Source: an uncultured delta proteobacterium (GTDB taxonomy: Bacteria > Myxococcota_A > Polyangia > Polyangiales > Polyangiaceae). Taken from it: a stretch of 64,000 bases of DNA. The position numbers and the translations under genes were made by a program. Below, piece by piece: positions 1 to 11,197 of the stretch. Location of the stretch: the NCBI GenBank assembly GCA_963841435.1, contig CAWJCS010000002.1:288001-352000 (forward strand), written 5' to 3'. Within the stretch, counting starts at the first letter, position 1. Every line of letters starts with the position of its first letter. The notes under the pieces were generated by a model that did no database searches, was not told the origin of the DNA, and saw nothing but the letters and a program-made list of their open reading frames with translations.

Positions 1-1364
1 CGGAACCCGGGCGCCACGGCACGTTTCGCGACGCGGAGGCACGGCTTGCCTACGTCGCGGGCATGGGCTTCGACGTGCTTTACCTGCCGCCAATCCACCC
101 CATCGGCCGCGTCAAGCGCAAGGGCAAAAACAACGCCGTGGAAGCTGCGCCGGACAACGTCGGTAGCCCTTGGGCGATCGGATCGGCCGAAGGCGGGCAC
201 AAAGCCATTCACCCCGAGCTCGGAACGCTCGACGATTTTCGTCGTTTCGTGAAGCGTGCGAACGAGCTCGGCGTCGAGGTCGCCCTCGACATCGCCTTGC
301 AGTGCGCGCCCGACCACCCCTACGTGAAGCAGCACCCCGAGTGGTTCCGCGTTCGCCCCGATGGGACCGTTCAGTACGCGGAGAACCCGCCCAAAAAATA
401 CGAGGACATCTTCCCGTTCGAGTTCGAAAACCCGGATTTTCGGGCGATGTGGCAGGAGCTGAAGAGCATCTTTTCCTTCTGGATCGAGCAGGGCATCAAG
501 ATCTTCCGGGTCAACAACCCGCACACCAAGCCCTTCGCTTTCTGGGAGTGGACCATCGCCGAGATCCGCAAGGAGCACCCCGACGTTCTGTTCCTATCGG
601 AGGCCTTCACGCGACCCAGAGTCATGCACCGGCTCGCCAAGCTCGGTTACACCCAGTCGTATACTTACTTTACCTGGCGGAATACGAAGTGGGAGCTCGA
701 GCAGTACCTCACCGAGCTCACGCAGACCGGCGTTCGAGAGTTTTTGCGACCGAACTTCTGGCCCAACACGCCCGACATCCTACCCGAGCCGCTGCAGTAC
801 GGCGGCCGTCCGACCTTCATGGCGCGCGTGGCGCTCGCGGCTACGTTGAGCTCGAGCTACGGCGTCTACGGCCCCGCCTACGAGCTGGGTGAGGCCCGGG
901 CGCTGCGCCAGGGTGGCGAAGAATACCTCGACTCCGAAAAGTACGAGATCGGGCACTGGGATCTCGCTCGCGCGGACAGCCTGGGCCCCTTCCTCACGCT
1001 GCTGAACCGCATCCGTCGTGACAATCCTGCGCTGCACGAAAACGGCAGCCTTGTCTTTCACGCCGTTGACAACGAGCAGCTCATCGCCTACAGCAAAGCG
1101 ACCAAGGATCTCACGAACATCGTGCTGATGGTCGTGAACCTGGATCCGCACCACGTGCAGTCGGGCTTCGTCGAGTTCTCGGGCGACGCCTTCGGCCTCA
1201 GCAAAGACGAGCCGTTCCAGGTGCACGACCTTTTGACGGACGCCCGCTACCTGTGGCACGGCTCGAAGAACTTCGTTATGCTCGACCCGAAGTCCGTTCC
1301 GGTCCACGTCTTGCGGCTCCGCCACAAGGTGCGCACCGAGCAGGACTTCGATTATTACCTGTAG
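1..1364 (+). CDS. glgE: alpha-1,4-glucan:maltose-1-phosphate maltosyltransferase GlgE (GH13), 5' end outside the window
   Basis: Frame is open from position 3 (EPGRHGTFRDAEARL...). Motifs MGFDVLYLPPIHPIG, GSPWAIG, QYAENPPKKYEDIFP, LSEAFT, NTPDIL. The nucleophile motif reads FRVNNPHTKP instead of FRVDNPHTKP. Confidence 0.95.
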   Translation, partial: EPGRHGTFRDAEARLAYVAGMGFDVLYLPPIHPIGRVKRKGKNNAVEAAPDNVGSPWAIGSAEGGHKAIHPELGTLDDFRRFVKRANELGVEVALDIALQCAPDHPYVKQHPEWFRVRPDGTVQYAENPPKKYEDIFPFEFENPDFRAMWQELKSIFSFWIEQGIKIFRVNNPHTKPFAFWEWTIAEIRKEHPDVLFLSEAFTRPRVMHRLAKLGYTQSYTYFTWRNTKWELEQYLTELTQTGVREFLRPNFWPNTPDILPEPLQYGGRPTFMARVALAATLSSSYGVYGPAYELGEARALRQGGEEYLDSEKYEIGHWDLARADSLGPFLTLLNRIRRDNPALHENGSLVFHAVDNEQLIAYSKATKDLTNIVLMVVNLDPHHVQSGFVEFSGDAFGLSKDEPFQVHDLLTDARYLWHGSKNFVMLDPKSVPVHVLRLRHKVRTEQDFDYYL

Positions 1365-1376
1365 AGGGGAAGAACC

Positions 1377-4300
1377 GTGGCAAGCACACGTCGCAAAAGT
1401 CCATCCCGCGCGCGCAAGGCGCAAAATGGAACCGCGCTCGACCGCGACCCGCTCTGGTACAAGGACGCGGTCATCTATCAGACCCACGTCAAAGCCTTCC
1501 AGGACAGCAACGGGGACGGCATCGGTGACTTCCAGGGGCTCGCGGAAAGGCTCGACCACGTGCGCGACCTCGGCGCCACTGCCGTGTGGATCCTGCCGTT
1601 TTACCCCTCACCCCTCAAGGACGACGGGTACGACATCGCCGACTACACGAGTGTCCACCCCTCCTACGGGACGCTCGCCGACTTCAAGCTGTTCTTGCGC
1701 GAAGCGCACGAGCGGGGGCTTCGCGTGATCACGGAGCTCGTGATCAACCACACCTCCGATCAGCACCCCTGGTTTCAGCGGGCGCGGCGCGCGCCCAAGG
1801 GGACCCCGCATCGGGATTTTTACGTGTGGAGCGACAGCCCCGACAAGTACAAGGACGCACGCATCATCTTCAAGGATTTCGAGACCTCAAACTGGACCTG
1901 GGATCCGTTGGCTCAGGCCTACTACTGGCACCGCTTTTACTCGCATCAGCCGGACCTGAATTTCGACAACCCCGCGCTCATGAAGGCGATCACGAAGGTG
2001 ATGGACTTCTGGCTCGAGATGGGAGTCAACGGCATGCGGCTCGATGCGGTGCCGTACCTCTTCGAGCGCGAGGGGACGAGCTGCGAGAACCTCGTGGAGA
2101 CGCACGCGGCGCTCAAAAAGCTGCGCCGCCACGTCAACGCGGCCTACGGCGATCGGATGCTGCTCGCCGAAGCCAACCAGTGGCCCGAGGACGCGGTTGC
2201 CTACTTCGGCGAAGGCAAGGGCGACGAGTGCCACATGGCCTTCCACTTCCCGCTGATGCCGCGCATGTTCATGGCGCTGCGCATGGAGGATCGCTATCCG
2301 ATCATCGACATCCTCTCGCAGACCCCGGGCATCCCGGAGACGTCGCAGTGGGCGATTTTCCTTCGCAACCACGATGAGCTCACGCTCGAGATGGTGACCG
2401 ACGAAGAGCGCGACTACATGTATCGCGTCTACGCCAACGACCCGCGCGCGCGCATCAACCTGGGCATTCGTCGCCGTCTCGCGCCGTTGCTCGGCAACGA
2501 CCGGCGCCGCACGGAGCTGATGAATGGCCTTCTGTTCTCGCTCCCGGGAACGCCGGTCATCTACTACGGCGACGAGATCGGGATGGGAGACAACATCTAT
2601 CTCGGCGATCGGAACGGCGTGCGCACGCCGATGCAGTGGAGCGCGGATCGCAACGCCGGCTTTTCGCGCGGCAATCCCCAGCGGCTCTACTTGCCCCCGA
2701 TCATCGACCCCGAGTTTTCCTACGAGGCGCTCAACGTCGAAGCGCAGCAGGCGAACACGCACTCCCTGCTCTGGTGGATGCGACGCCTGATCGCTCTGCG
2801 CCGGAACTTCAAGGCCTTCGGTCGCGGCAGCTTGGAGTTCTTGAGCCCCTCGAATCGCAAGGTGCTCGCCTTCGTCCGCCGCTACGAGGACGAGGTCATC
2901 CTGGTCGTCGCGAATCTTTCCCGCTTCTGCCAGTTCGTCGAGCTCGATCTCTCGGCCTTCCAGGGTACGAGCCCGGTCGAGCTCTTCGGTCAGACGCAGT
3001 TTCCGGCGGTCCGTGATTGGCCGTACCTGATGACGCTCAACCCGCACGCCTTCTACTGGTTTTCGCTCAAGCCGACGCCCACCGCCCCCGAAGTGGCGCC
3101 GGAGGCTCAAGAGCGTCGCCTGCCGAGCCTGAGCGTCACAGGTGGGCTCGAGGCGCTTTTCGAGGGTCGCGCCCGTGCGGCGCTCGAGCGAGTGCTTCCC
3201 GCCTACCTGAAGAGCCGGCGGTGGTTCGGGGGCAAGGCTCGCCGCATCAAGTCCGTAGAGCTCGTGGACGCCGTGTGCGTCCCGACGGACGACGGCGACG
3301 GCTACGTGCTGCTCGTCGTGGTCAACTACGTCGAGGCCGACGCCGAGACCTACGTCCTGCCCGTCAGCTGGGCCAGCGGGGACCGCGCGCGCGAGGTCGA
3401 GGCAGGCTCGCCAGCGCTGATCGCGCGCTTGACCATCGACGCCGAGGAAGGCGTCCTGTACGGGGCGCTCGGCAACGAAGCTTTCGGTCAAACGCTGCTC
3501 GAAGCGGTGGCGCGGCGCCGGCACTTCAAGGGGAGCGCCGGTGATCTCGTCGGGACCCAGACGCGAGCCTTCCGCACCGTGCGAGGTCCCGACGAGGAGG
3601 CGCTCACGTGCAAGGTCATGCGCGGCGAGCAGAGCAACACGTCCATCCGCTTCGGCGAGCGCCTGATTCTGAAGCTCTTTCGCAAGAGCGAGCCGGGCAC
3701 CAACCCCGATCTCGAGATCGGGGCATATCTTACCGACAAGGCGCACTTCGCGCACATCCCGCCGGTCGCTGGTGCTCTCGAGTACCGGCCGCACGACGGT
3801 CGCGAAGCGATGACTCTCGCCATCCTGCAAGGCTTCGTGCCGAATGACGGCGACGCGTGGCGCTACACGCTCGACGGCGTCGCTCGCTACTTCGAGCGAG
3901 TGCTCGCACGCCTGCCGGAGAAGCGCCAAGCTCCACCGAGCCCGCTCTTCGAGGCTGCGGAAGGCGATGCGGGCCCCAACGTCAGGGAAATGCTCGGCAC
4001 CTACCTCGAGGTGTCCCGCTTACTCGGGCAACGAACGGCCGAGATGCACCTGGCCCTCACCGCGGACGTCGAGGACCAAGCGTTCGCTCCCGAGCCCTTT
4101 ACCCCATTTTATCAGCGCTCCCTCTACCAGTCGATGCGAAACCTGACCGAGGAGGTGTTCGAGCTTCTCAAGCGCCGAATCAAGGAGCTCCCGGAGGACG
4201 TACGGCCCGAGGCCGAGCGCGTCGCCGCGCTCCAGCCCGCGTTGCTCAAGCGGTTTCGCAGCCTGCTCGAGCGCAAGATCTCGGCCAAGCGGTCGCGCCA

Positions 4301-4760
4301 CCACGGCGACTACCACCTGGGACAGGTGCTGTGGACCGGTCGCGACCTCGTGATCATCGATTTCGAAGGCGAGCCGGCGCGGCCGCTCTCGACGCGCCGC
4401 CTCAAGCGTTCGGTGTTGCGTGACGTCGCGGGCATGATTCGCTCGTTCCACTACGCGGCATTTCAGGGTCTGGAGAATCAAGCAGCCCGGGGAGCCGTCT
4501 CGTTGCAAGACCGCGCAGCGCTCGAGTCCTGGGCACAATACTGGTACTCATGGGCAGCGTCCGCCTTTCTACGCTCGTACTTGCATACCGCGGAAGGCAA
4601 CGCGTTCTTGCCCAAGGGCAAGCAGGAGCTGCGCGAGCTTCTGACTGTTTATCTGCTGGAGAAGGCCGTCTACGAGCTCGGCTACGAGCTCAACAACCGC
4701 CCCGCTTGGGTCAAACTGCCGCTCGCCGGCATCACTCAGCTCATGGAGGTGAGCACGTGA
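1377..4760 (+). CDS. treS: trehalose synthase / maltokinase (TreS-Pep2/Mak) fusion
   Basis: GTG start after [53 protein letters not shown]-terminal kinase-like domain with [46 protein letters not shown]. Confidence 0.95.
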   Translation: MASTRRKSPSRARKAQNGTALDRDPLWYKDAVIYQTHVKAFQDSNGDGIGDFQGLAERLDHVRDLGATAVWILPFYPSPLKDDGYDIADYTSVHPSYGTLADFKLFLREAHERGLRVITELVINHTSDQHPWFQRARRAPKGTPHRDFYVWSDSPDKYKDARIIFKDFETSNWTWDPLAQAYYWHRFYSHQPDLNFDNPALMKAITKVMDFWLEMGVNGMRLDAVPYLFEREGTSCENLVETHAALKKLRRHVNAAYGDRMLLAEANQWPEDAVAYFGEGKGDECHMAFHFPLMPRMFMALRMEDRYPIIDILSQTPGIPETSQWAIFLRNHDELTLEMVTDEERDYMYRVYANDPRARINLGIRRRLAPLLGNDRRRTELMNGLLFSLPGTPVIYYGDEIGMGDNIYLGDRNGVRTPMQWSADRNAGFSRGNPQRLYLPPIIDPEFSYEALNVEAQQANTHSLLWWMRRLIALRRNFKAFGRGSLEFLSPSNRKVLAFVRRYEDEVILVVANLSRFCQFVELDLSAFQGTSPVELFGQTQFPAVRDWPYLMTLNPHAFYWFSLKPTPTAPEVAPEAQERRLPSLSVTGGLEALFEGRARAALERVLPAYLKSRRWFGGKARRIKSVELVDAVCVPTDDGDGYVLLVVVNYVEADAETYVLPVSWASGDRAREVEAGSPALIARLTIDAEEGVLYGALGNEAFGQTLLEAVARRRHFKGSAGDLVGTQTRAFRTVRGPDEEALTCKVMRGEQSNTSIRFGERLILKLFRKSEPGTNPDLEIGAYLTDKAHFAHIPPVAGALEYRPHDGREAMTLAILQGFVPNDGDAWRYTLDGVARYFERVLARLPEKRQAPPSPLFEAAEGDAGPNVREMLGTYLEVSRLLGQRTAEMHLALTADVEDQAFAPEPFTPFYQRSLYQSMRNLTEEVFELLKRRIKELPEDVRPEAERVAALQPALLKRFRSLLERKISAKRSRHHGDYHLGQVLWTGRDLVIIDFEGEPARPLSTRRLKRSVLRDVAGMIRSFHYAAFQGLENQAARGAVSLQDRAALESWAQYWYSWAASAFLRSYLHTAEGNAFLPKGKQELRELLTVYLLEKAVYELGYELNNRPAWVKLPLAGITQLMEVST

Positions 4761-6667
4761 GCAACGTACTTTACAACGTCAACCACCTGACCGACGAGGA
4801 CGTGCACCTCTTCAACGAGGGCACGCACTACCGCATCTATCGCAAGCTCGGCTCGCACGTCGTCGAACGGAAGGGGAACGTGGGCAGCGCCTTCGCGGTC
4901 TGGGCGCCCAACGCCGAACGCGTCTCGCTGGTCGGGGACTTCAACGCATGGGATCCCGACTCGCACCCGCTCGCGGAACGTGGCAAGTCGGGCATCTGGG
5001 AGGGTTTCGTCCCGGGCCTCTTGCAGGGCTCGATTTACAAGTACCACGTGCGCTCTCGCCACGCGGGCTATCGCGTGAACAAGGCCGACCCGTACGCCAT
5101 CCATCACGAGACACCGCCGAAGACCGGCTCGGTCGTCTGGGACCTGGTTTACGAATGGTCCGACAGCGCGTGGATGAAGAACCGCGGTGCGCGAAACTCG
5201 CTCAAAAGCCCGATGAGCACCTACGAGATGCACCTCGGCTCGTGGCGGCGCGATCCGGCGCGGCCCGGGCACTTTCTCACGTACCGCGAGATCGCGGGCC
5301 CGCTCTGTGACTATCTCGAACGCATGAACTTCACGCACGTGGAGTTCTTGCCGCTCACCGAGCACCCCTTCTATGGGTCATGGGGCTACCAGGCCACCGG
5401 GTACTTCGCGCCGTCTGCGCGCTACGGCACGCCGCAAGACTTCATGTATCTCGTCGATCAGCTGCACCAGCGGGGCATCGGCGTCATCCTGGATTGGGTG
5501 CCGTCGCATTTCCCGACCGACGAGCACGGCCTCGGCTACTTCGACGGCACGCACCTGTTCGAGCATGCCGATCCGCGCCAGGGCTTTCATCAGGACTGGA
5601 AGAGCTTCGTCTTCAATTACGGTCGCAACGAGGTACGGAGCTTCCTGATGTCGAGCGCCTTCTTCTGGCTCGACGCGTACCACATCGATGGTCTGCGGGT
5701 TAACGCCGTCGCGTCGATGCTCTACCTCGACTACTCGCGCAAGGAAGGAGAGTGGATTCCGAACGAGTTCGGCGGGCGCGAGAACATCGAAGCGATCGAT
5801 TTTTTGCGTCGCTTCAACACCGACGTCTTCAAGGAACGCCCCGACACCCAGACGATCGCCGAAGAGTCAACGGCATGGCCCATGGTTTCGAAGCCGACCT
5901 ACCTGGGTGGGCTCGGCTTCGGCATGAAGTGGGACATGGGCTGGATGCACGACACCCTCGAATACATGAGCCAGGATCCGGTCTTCCGAAAATACCACCA
6001 CGACAAGCTCACGTTTCGCATGGTGTACGCGTTCACCGAGAACTTCGTGCTGCCGCTCTCGCACGACGAGGTCGTGCATCTGAAGGGCTCGCTCTTCGGC
6101 AAGATGCCCGGTGACGACTGGCAAAAGCTCGCGAACCTGCGCTTGCTCTACGGGTACATGTGGTCACAACCCGCCAAGAAGCTGCTCTTCATGGGCGGTG
6201 AGCTCGGCCAGATCCGTGAATGGAACCACGACGCGAGCCTCGACTGGCACTTGCTCGAAGACCCGGGCCACGCGGGGCTCCAGCGCTGGGTGGAGGAGCT
6301 GAATCGGCTCTATCGCGACGAGAAAGCCCTGCACGAGCTCGACATGGATCCCGCGGGGTTCGAGTGGATCGACTGCAAGGACGCCGAGGCGAGCGTGCTC
6401 ACGTTCCTGCGCAAGCCGCGCGCCGGGCAGCCCGTCGTCGTGGCCCTGAACTTCACGCCCGTACCCCGCCCGAACTACCGGGTTGGCGTGCCCAATGGCG
6501 GCTTCTGGCGGGAGGTTTTGAACAGTGACGCGCGCGAGTACGGTGGCAGCGGTCAGGGCAACATGGGCGGCGTGGAGGCGACGCCTTTCGCGTGCCACGG
6601 GCGTCCTTGGTCCGTGACGCTGACGCTCCCTCCGCTCGGGGCGCTGTTTCTCAAGTCTGATGGATGA
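4757..6667 (+). CDS. glgB: 1,4-alpha-glucan branching enzyme GlgB
   Basis: GTG at 4757 overlaps the treS stop (GTGA), with RBS GGAGG at 4745. Motifs [36 protein letters not shown]. The nucleophile motif reads [12 protein letters not shown] instead of RVDAVASM. Confidence 0.95.
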   Translation: MSNVLYNVNHLTDEDVHLFNEGTHYRIYRKLGSHVVERKGNVGSAFAVWAPNAERVSLVGDFNAWDPDSHPLAERGKSGIWEGFVPGLLQGSIYKYHVRSRHAGYRVNKADPYAIHHETPPKTGSVVWDLVYEWSDSAWMKNRGARNSLKSPMSTYEMHLGSWRRDPARPGHFLTYREIAGPLCDYLERMNFTHVEFLPLTEHPFYGSWGYQATGYFAPSARYGTPQDFMYLVDQLHQRGIGVILDWVPSHFPTDEHGLGYFDGTHLFEHADPRQGFHQDWKSFVFNYGRNEVRSFLMSSAFFWLDAYHIDGLRVNAVASMLYLDYSRKEGEWIPNEFGGRENIEAIDFLRRFNTDVFKERPDTQTIAEESTAWPMVSKPTYLGGLGFGMKWDMGWMHDTLEYMSQDPVFRKYHHDKLTFRMVYAFTENFVLPLSHDEVVHLKGSLFGKMPGDDWQKLANLRLLYGYMWSQPAKKLLFMGGELGQIREWNHDASLDWHLLEDPGHAGLQRWVEELNRLYRDEKALHELDMDPAGFEWIDCKDAEASVLTFLRKPRAGQPVVVALNFTPVPRPNYRVGVPNGGFWREVLNSDAREYGGSGQGNMGGVEATPFACHGRPWSVTLTLPPLGALFLKSDG

Positions 6668-7398
6668 CCCGGCGGGCCGCTGTCCGCGGTCAACAGATGG
6701 CAGAGCAGGGCCAGGCGCCCCGAGACGCCGAGTTTCCCATAGACGCTCCCGACCTGGTTTGCGACGGTGCGCGCCGACGTGCCGCGATCCCGCGCGATCT
6801 CGACGTACGAATGCCCGTCGACGAGCAAGCGCACGACCTCGCGCTCGCACGGGCTCAACAGGTCGGCGAAGCGTGCGTCCGGGCGTTCGACGCCGAGAAA
6901 GAGGTCGCCGCGCGGAGTCGTCACGAGGTCGCACGACCCCAGCGCTCGTTGCGCCAGGCACTGGTGGTAGGCGTGCGCCATCATCACGACGAGCATCGGT
7001 GCGTCACTGGTTCCCGAGTCGAGCCCCATGGCGCGCAGGCACTTCGCACCCGCGGTTGCCACTCGCGAGATGGAGCAGCGAGCGTCTGCTGCGACGACCT
7101 TCTGCGGCTGCCCGAGTAGAATCGGCACCAAGAGCTCCAGATCGCGCGTGGGCGCGGGGTGCCACTCGCCCCACTGGGCCTCCAGATGGTGCAGGCTTCC
7201 GCTCGAATGGACGCGGGTGACGCGTGCTCGGCCGCTGACGAGCTCGTTCCAGAGGCCGGCGAGCACCGCCGGCGCCGCCGAGGTGCCCTCGATTCGGTCG
7301 GCAGAAAGCACCGAAAACCGTCGTCCAGGCCCCGCGGGCAGGGGCGGCCTCGAGCTCGGCGGCGCGGCGGAGGACTGTGACCATGTCAATGCTTGCAT
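6553..7398 (-). CDS. LuxR-type HTH transcriptional regulator without a receiver domain
   Basis: C-terminal [48 protein letters not shown]. Start is uncertain and the 3' end overlaps glgB. Confidence 0.75.
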   Translation of the reverse strand: MQALTWSQSSAAPPSSRPPLPAGPGRRFSVLSADRIEGTSAAPAVLAGLWNELVSGRARVTRVHSSGSLHHLEAQWGEWHPAPTRDLELLVPILLGQPQKVVAADARCSISRVATAGAKCLRAMGLDSGTSDAPMLVVMMAHAYHQCLAQRALGSCDLVTTPRGDLFLGVERPDARFADLLSPCEREVVRLLVDGHSYVEIARDRGTSARTVANQVGSVYGKLGVSGRLALLCHLLTADSGPPGHPSDLRNSAPSGGSVSVTDQGRPWHAKGVASTPPMLP

Positions 7399-7747
7399 CG
7401 GGTTGCTCCCTCAGGCTGTGGCGGCTGGTCCCCTTGGGACCGGCCGCCGCAGATTCATCGTGGTGAGCCCCCCGCTTCGGCGTTGCGGCACCCCCGCTGG
7501 ATTGCGTGGCGGACGTTAGGTCAAGGGCCGAGGTGGGTTCGTCCGCCCTTGGTTCCTCGGTGACTCGATGGCACCATGTTCCTGCTTAGTCATGCCCGTA
7601 GCCTGGCCGAGTCGCGCTCGCCAGTCGATCTCAGTCGATTGCAACGAGCCGGGAGACCCGCCCCGCGAGGGCGCCGGCGGCTTTTTCTCCGGTCACAAAA
7701 CGAAGACAGCGCCTGTCTCATCGATCCGACCAGGACGGAGGACCCCG

Positions 7748-7866
7748 ATGCCATCGACCGAGACCGCCAACACCACCGCGGTCCGGGAATTTACCCGGAT
7801 CTTCAAAAACCTGCACAACGTCGAAGGAGTGGATCACCTTTTCGACCCGACGTTTCGACACCAGCC
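7748..7866 (+). pseudogene. probable N-terminal remnant of a SnoaL-like/ester cyclase gene
   Basis: RBS GGAGGA, then MPSTETANTTAVREFTRIFKNLHNVEGVDHLFDPTFRH. The frame then runs out of register into the next gene. Confidence 0.45.
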
Positions 7867-7881
7867 CCAGGAGCCAGCACC

Positions 7882-8316
7882 ATGCCCGATAGCCTGCACG
7901 ACATCACCATCGCCGCATCCCCAGCGCGTACCTTCGAGCTCTTGACGACGCGAGACGGCCTTCGCGCGTGGTGGACGGGGGACAGCCGTGCCGAGCCCCG
8001 CGTCGGCCACGTCAACGTGTTCGGATTCGGAGGCGGTGAAGTGGAGTTCCATTTCCGGGTCGACGAGCACGTGCCGGCGAGCCGCCTCGCGTGGACCGGT
8101 ATCGCGGCCCCGAAGGTACCTTCCGAGTGGGTCGGCACGCGCATCACCGCGGACCTCGAGGCGGTCAACGGCAAGACACGACTTCGGTTCGGCCACCGGG
8201 GCTGGGCGTCCGGCGAGGGCGCGTACGCCCTCTGCAACACCACGTGGGGGCACCTCATGTACCTGCTCCGCGACGCCGCCGAGGGCCGCGGCCGCGAGCC
8301 GCTGTTTGCGGGCTGA
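7882..8316 (+). CDS. SRPBCC/AHSA1-like domain protein
   Basis: RBS AGGAG. MPDSLHDITIAASPARTFELLTTRDGLRAWWT...EWVGTRI...LRFGHRGW...CNTTWGHLMYLL. Confidence 0.85.
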   Translation: MPDSLHDITIAASPARTFELLTTRDGLRAWWTGDSRAEPRVGHVNVFGFGGGEVEFHFRVDEHVPASRLAWTGIAAPKVPSEWVGTRITADLEAVNGKTRLRFGHRGWASGEGAYALCNTTWGHLMYLLRDAAEGRGREPLFAG

Positions 8317-8318
8317 GC

Positions 8319-8759
8319 ATGGCCGTCAACGTGCTCACCGAGATCGTGATCGATCGCCCTCCGGACGTGGTCGCCGCCTACGCCGGCGATCCTTCGAACG
8401 CCCCGCAGTGGTACGCGAACATCGAGTCCGTCGAATGGAAGACCCCCCCGCCGCTGGCGCTCGGGTCGCGTGTCGCGTTCGTGGCGCACTTCTTGGGGAG
8501 GCGTCTCGCTTACACGTACGAGATCGTCGAGCTTGCCGCGGGCGAGCGACTCGTCATGCGCACCGCGGAGGGTCCCTTCCCGATGGAAACGACCTACACG
8601 TGGGAGCCGTTCGACGGCGAAAAGACGAAGATGACGCTTCGCAATCGCGGAGAGCCGCAGGGCTTCTCGAAGCTCGTCGGTCCGCTGATGGTCGCGGCGA
8701 TGCGCCGAGCGAACCTTAAGGACCTGCAAAGCGTGAAGGCCGTCCTCGAGCGTTCGTGA
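8319..8759 (+). CDS. SRPBCC family (polyketide cyclase/dehydrase-like) protein
   Basis: IVIDRPPDVVAAYAGDPSNAPQWYANIESVEW...GPFPMETTYTW...RRANLKDL. Starts 2 nt after the previous stop. Confidence 0.85.
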   Translation: MAVNVLTEIVIDRPPDVVAAYAGDPSNAPQWYANIESVEWKTPPPLALGSRVAFVAHFLGRRLAYTYEIVELAAGERLVMRTAEGPFPMETTYTWEPFDGEKTKMTLRNRGEPQGFSKLVGPLMVAAMRRANLKDLQSVKAVLERS

Positions 8760-8887
8760 CCTTTTCGGCTCCGTGGTGGCGAGCGCCCTTCGATTCACTT
8801 TCGCCCCTCCCGTCCCCCCGCGCGTTTGGTCGTTGCAGTCGGCGCGCTTCGGTCTATACTGCTCATTCGTTCAGATAGGAGCCACCC

Positions 8888-9166
8888 GTGAAGCAGCCCC
8901 ACGAAAACGCCGCGGAATCCAATATCGACTTCGACCACGCGCCGGTCGCCGAGATCGAATTCGACGGCACGCACTATCGTGTTGACGCTGGGCTCGGCGC
9001 CGCAGTTGCCGTGTCGTGTCGAGCTCAGGGTTCCTGGTCGTGGCAAAAGCTCGCGGAGGGGCGCTGGGACGGTGTTCGGCTCAAAGCGAAAGAAGTCGAT
9101 CGCTTGGTCGTCGAAGCGCTCGCCAAAGCGCTGCGCTCCGCCGCCGAGGACATGCAGGCAAGCTAG
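8888..9166 (+). CDS. hypothetical protein
   Basis: GTG start after AGGAG. Codon usage looks coding; no recognised motif. Confidence 0.6.
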   Translation: MKQPHENAAESNIDFDHAPVAEIEFDGTHYRVDAGLGAAVAVSCRAQGSWSWQKLAEGRWDGVRLKAKEVDRLVVEALAKALRSAAEDMQAS

Positions 9167-9192
9167 GGTGCTGCGTGTCTCGTACGCGGTGA

Positions 9193-10056
9193 CTACGCCG
9201 CGGGGGCCACTTCTTCCGTGCGGACGAAAAAGGAGTCGAGCGTGTTCGGGCCAAAAGTGGTGTTGATGGCCACGTCCGCCGCGTCGCGGCCGCGCGCGAT
9301 CAAGACGCGACCGATGCGCGGGACGTTGTTCCGCGGATCGAACGTGTACCAACTGCCGCCGAGGAACGCCTCGAACCAACCCGCAAAGTCCATCGGGGCA
9401 GCGACGGGGGGAACGCCGATGTCGCCAAGGTAGCCCGTGCAGTACCGCGCTGGGATGTTCATGCAGCGACAGAGCGCGATGGCCAGGTGCGCGAAGTCGC
9501 GACACACGCCGCGCTTCTCGTTGTAGGCGCCGAGCGCCGTCTTCGCAGGGCTCGCGTACTCGTAGCCGAAGGTGATGTGGTCGTGAACGAAGTCGCAAAT
9601 CGCCTGCACGCGGCCCCAGCCGAGCGGCGCGTGCTCGAAGAGCCGCCACGCCGTCTCGGACAGCTGATCGGTTTCGCAGTAGCGGCTACCGAGCAGGAAG
9701 GCGAGTGTCTCCTCCGGGAGCATTCCGGGCGGGAGCTGCTGGGCCCACGGCGCCACCGGGTCGGGCTCGCCGCGATCGCGGATCACGGCGTCGCACCAGA
9801 TTCTGAGCCGGCCGGCGGGCGCCCACAAGCGGCTGCACCAGTTGCCGAACCCATCGCGGAACTGCTCAATGGGGATCGACGGGTCGGTCAGCATGTAGTC
9901 GGCGCGGAGCAGATCGGAGACCCGGGAATGATGGACGTTGAGCATCAGGATCATCGAGGTGGGTTGAGGCAGCGTGTAGCAAAGCTCGTACCCCAATCGG
10001 ATCTGGATAGGCCTGACGACGGGGTTGTTGGCGCTGAAGACCGGTGCCTGGCTCAT
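9193..10056 (-). CDS. transglutaminase-like family protein
   Basis: DGFGNWCSR, FLLGSRYCETD, GVCRDFAHLAIALCRCMNIPARYCTGYLGD, DFAGWFE, FDPRNN, GRDAADV. Start uncertain. Confidence 0.9.
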   Translation of the reverse strand: MSQAPVFSANNPVVRPIQIRLGYELCYTLPQPTSMILMLNVHHSRVSDLLRADYMLTDPSIPIEQFRDGFGNWCSRLWAPAGRLRIWCDAVIRDRGEPDPVAPWAQQLPPGMLPEETLAFLLGSRYCETDQLSETAWRLFEHAPLGWGRVQAICDFVHDHITFGYEYASPAKTALGAYNEKRGVCRDFAHLAIALCRCMNIPARYCTGYLGDIGVPPVAAPMDFAGWFEAFLGGSWYTFDPRNNVPRIGRVLIARGRDAADVAINTTFGPNTLDSFFVRTEEVAPAA

Positions 10057-10221
10057 GCACGTCCATAAGCGCGGCCCGAGCGAAGCGCTCCGTTTCCTTT
10101 TGAATTCCGAGGCGCGCCGCAACAAAGGCGAGCAATCCTAAGCCCTTGGTGCGCCCGGGAGCAGCGAGCGGCGTTCCGGCGTGGCCTCGGCGAAGCGAGC
10201 ACGCCGCCGGGACGCGATGTC

Positions 10222-10851
10222 TCACGTGTGCGGCAGCGTCGCCTCTTCGGAACAGAGCGCGGTCACCTTGCGCAGTGCCTGCGTCAGGTTCCTGAGCAAG
10301 CGCCCCAGGTTCTGCATGTTCTCGGCCTCGGAATTGCCCCACGCCCAGAACGAGATCATGAGTTGGGTGCCGAGTTGCTCGCCGTTCCCCCCGGACAGCG
10401 GCAAGTAGCGCACGGGAACGATGGTGGTGCCCACCATGCCACTCTGAAAATTCGGATCGAGCGGGCTGAGCGCTCCGTGGAGCTCGTTCTTGAGCCACGC
10501 CATCCCGTTCTCTTCGGTATTGCGTGCCAGGGAGCGGAAAAGAACCATCACGCGCCCCGAGCATTGAAGCGCCTTGCGGACGGCCGGGTTCTCGTTCTTG
10601 TGCGGTCCCTCGAAGGCGCAGTCGTTCGATTCCAGGGCGGAGCTCGCATGATTGAGCCGCTCGAGGAGCTTGTAGAACGTCTCGATCGCCGGGTAGTGAG
10701 CCCAGGGCTTGAAATCCTCGAGTGAGGTTCGGATGTGCTCGGGGGCCGCGGTCAAATCGAAGTAGCGCGAGCCGCCGGCGCCCGGCGTGTCGCTCCAGGG
10801 ATGGGAGCGCGGAGCCGAGAACGGGGCGCCGGCGTATTCGCAGGTCTTCAT
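10222..10851 (-). CDS. hypothetical protein
   Basis: 209-aa ORF with globular composition (RSHPW, LEDFKPW, LESNDCAF). No family recognised. Confidence 0.7.
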   Translation of the reverse strand: MKTCEYAGAPFSAPRSHPWSDTPGAGGSRYFDLTAAPEHIRTSLEDFKPWAHYPAIETFYKLLERLNHASSALESNDCAFEGPHKNENPAVRKALQCSGRVMVLFRSLARNTEENGMAWLKNELHGALSPLDPNFQSGMVGTTIVPVRYLPLSGGNGEQLGTQLMISFWAWGNSEAENMQNLGRLLRNLTQALRKVTALCSEEATLPHT

Positions 10852-10889
10852 TTTGGGTTGCAGGCCCTACGACGGCACCGAGCGTTGCG

Positions 10890-11024
10890 CTACCGCCCTT
10901 TTTTTGCGGCGCCCGCGCTTCCCTGCTGAAAGACCTTCGCCGCCGCGGCTGCCTTCTTCTGGTTCTTGCCAACCGTGTCCTGCTTCTTCGCCTTCTCTTT
11001 GGCTTTCGGAGACTTGTCGCCCAT
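10890..11024 (-). CDS. small Lys/Ala-rich basic protein (44 aa)
   Basis: MGDKSPKAKEKAKKQDTVGKNQKKAAAAAK...KKGR. A purine-rich AAGGTGGTG lies upstream on the minus strand. Confidence 0.65.
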   Translation of the reverse strand: MGDKSPKAKEKAKKQDTVGKNQKKAAAAAKVFQQGSAGAAKKGR

Positions 11025-11197
11025 GGTGCACCACCTTGTGTTGGAGGGCTCACATCGTCGAGGGGGGGCTCCGCCGAGTCCATTCAAATCGACTGCCGTC
11101 GCGTTATGCTTCGGGCGTGCGGGCCGTGCTCCTGGTGCTGGGGCTCCGTGTGGCGTGCGGCTCGGCGCCGCGATTTTGCCACGGCGCCTTCGTCGTT

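Noticed and set aside
1887-3929. 680-aa antisense ORF, and similar long ones such as 40776-42641 and 57442-59523
   Set aside because: They lie opposite well-supported genes, have no motifs, and are expected from high-GC codon bias.
510-5704. A-to-I mRNA editing restoring Asp (AAC->GAC) in GlgE and GlgB
   Set aside because: It cannot explain the mirror-image C->T variants, silent changes or the indel at the same motif. The context is also not the TadA UACG motif.
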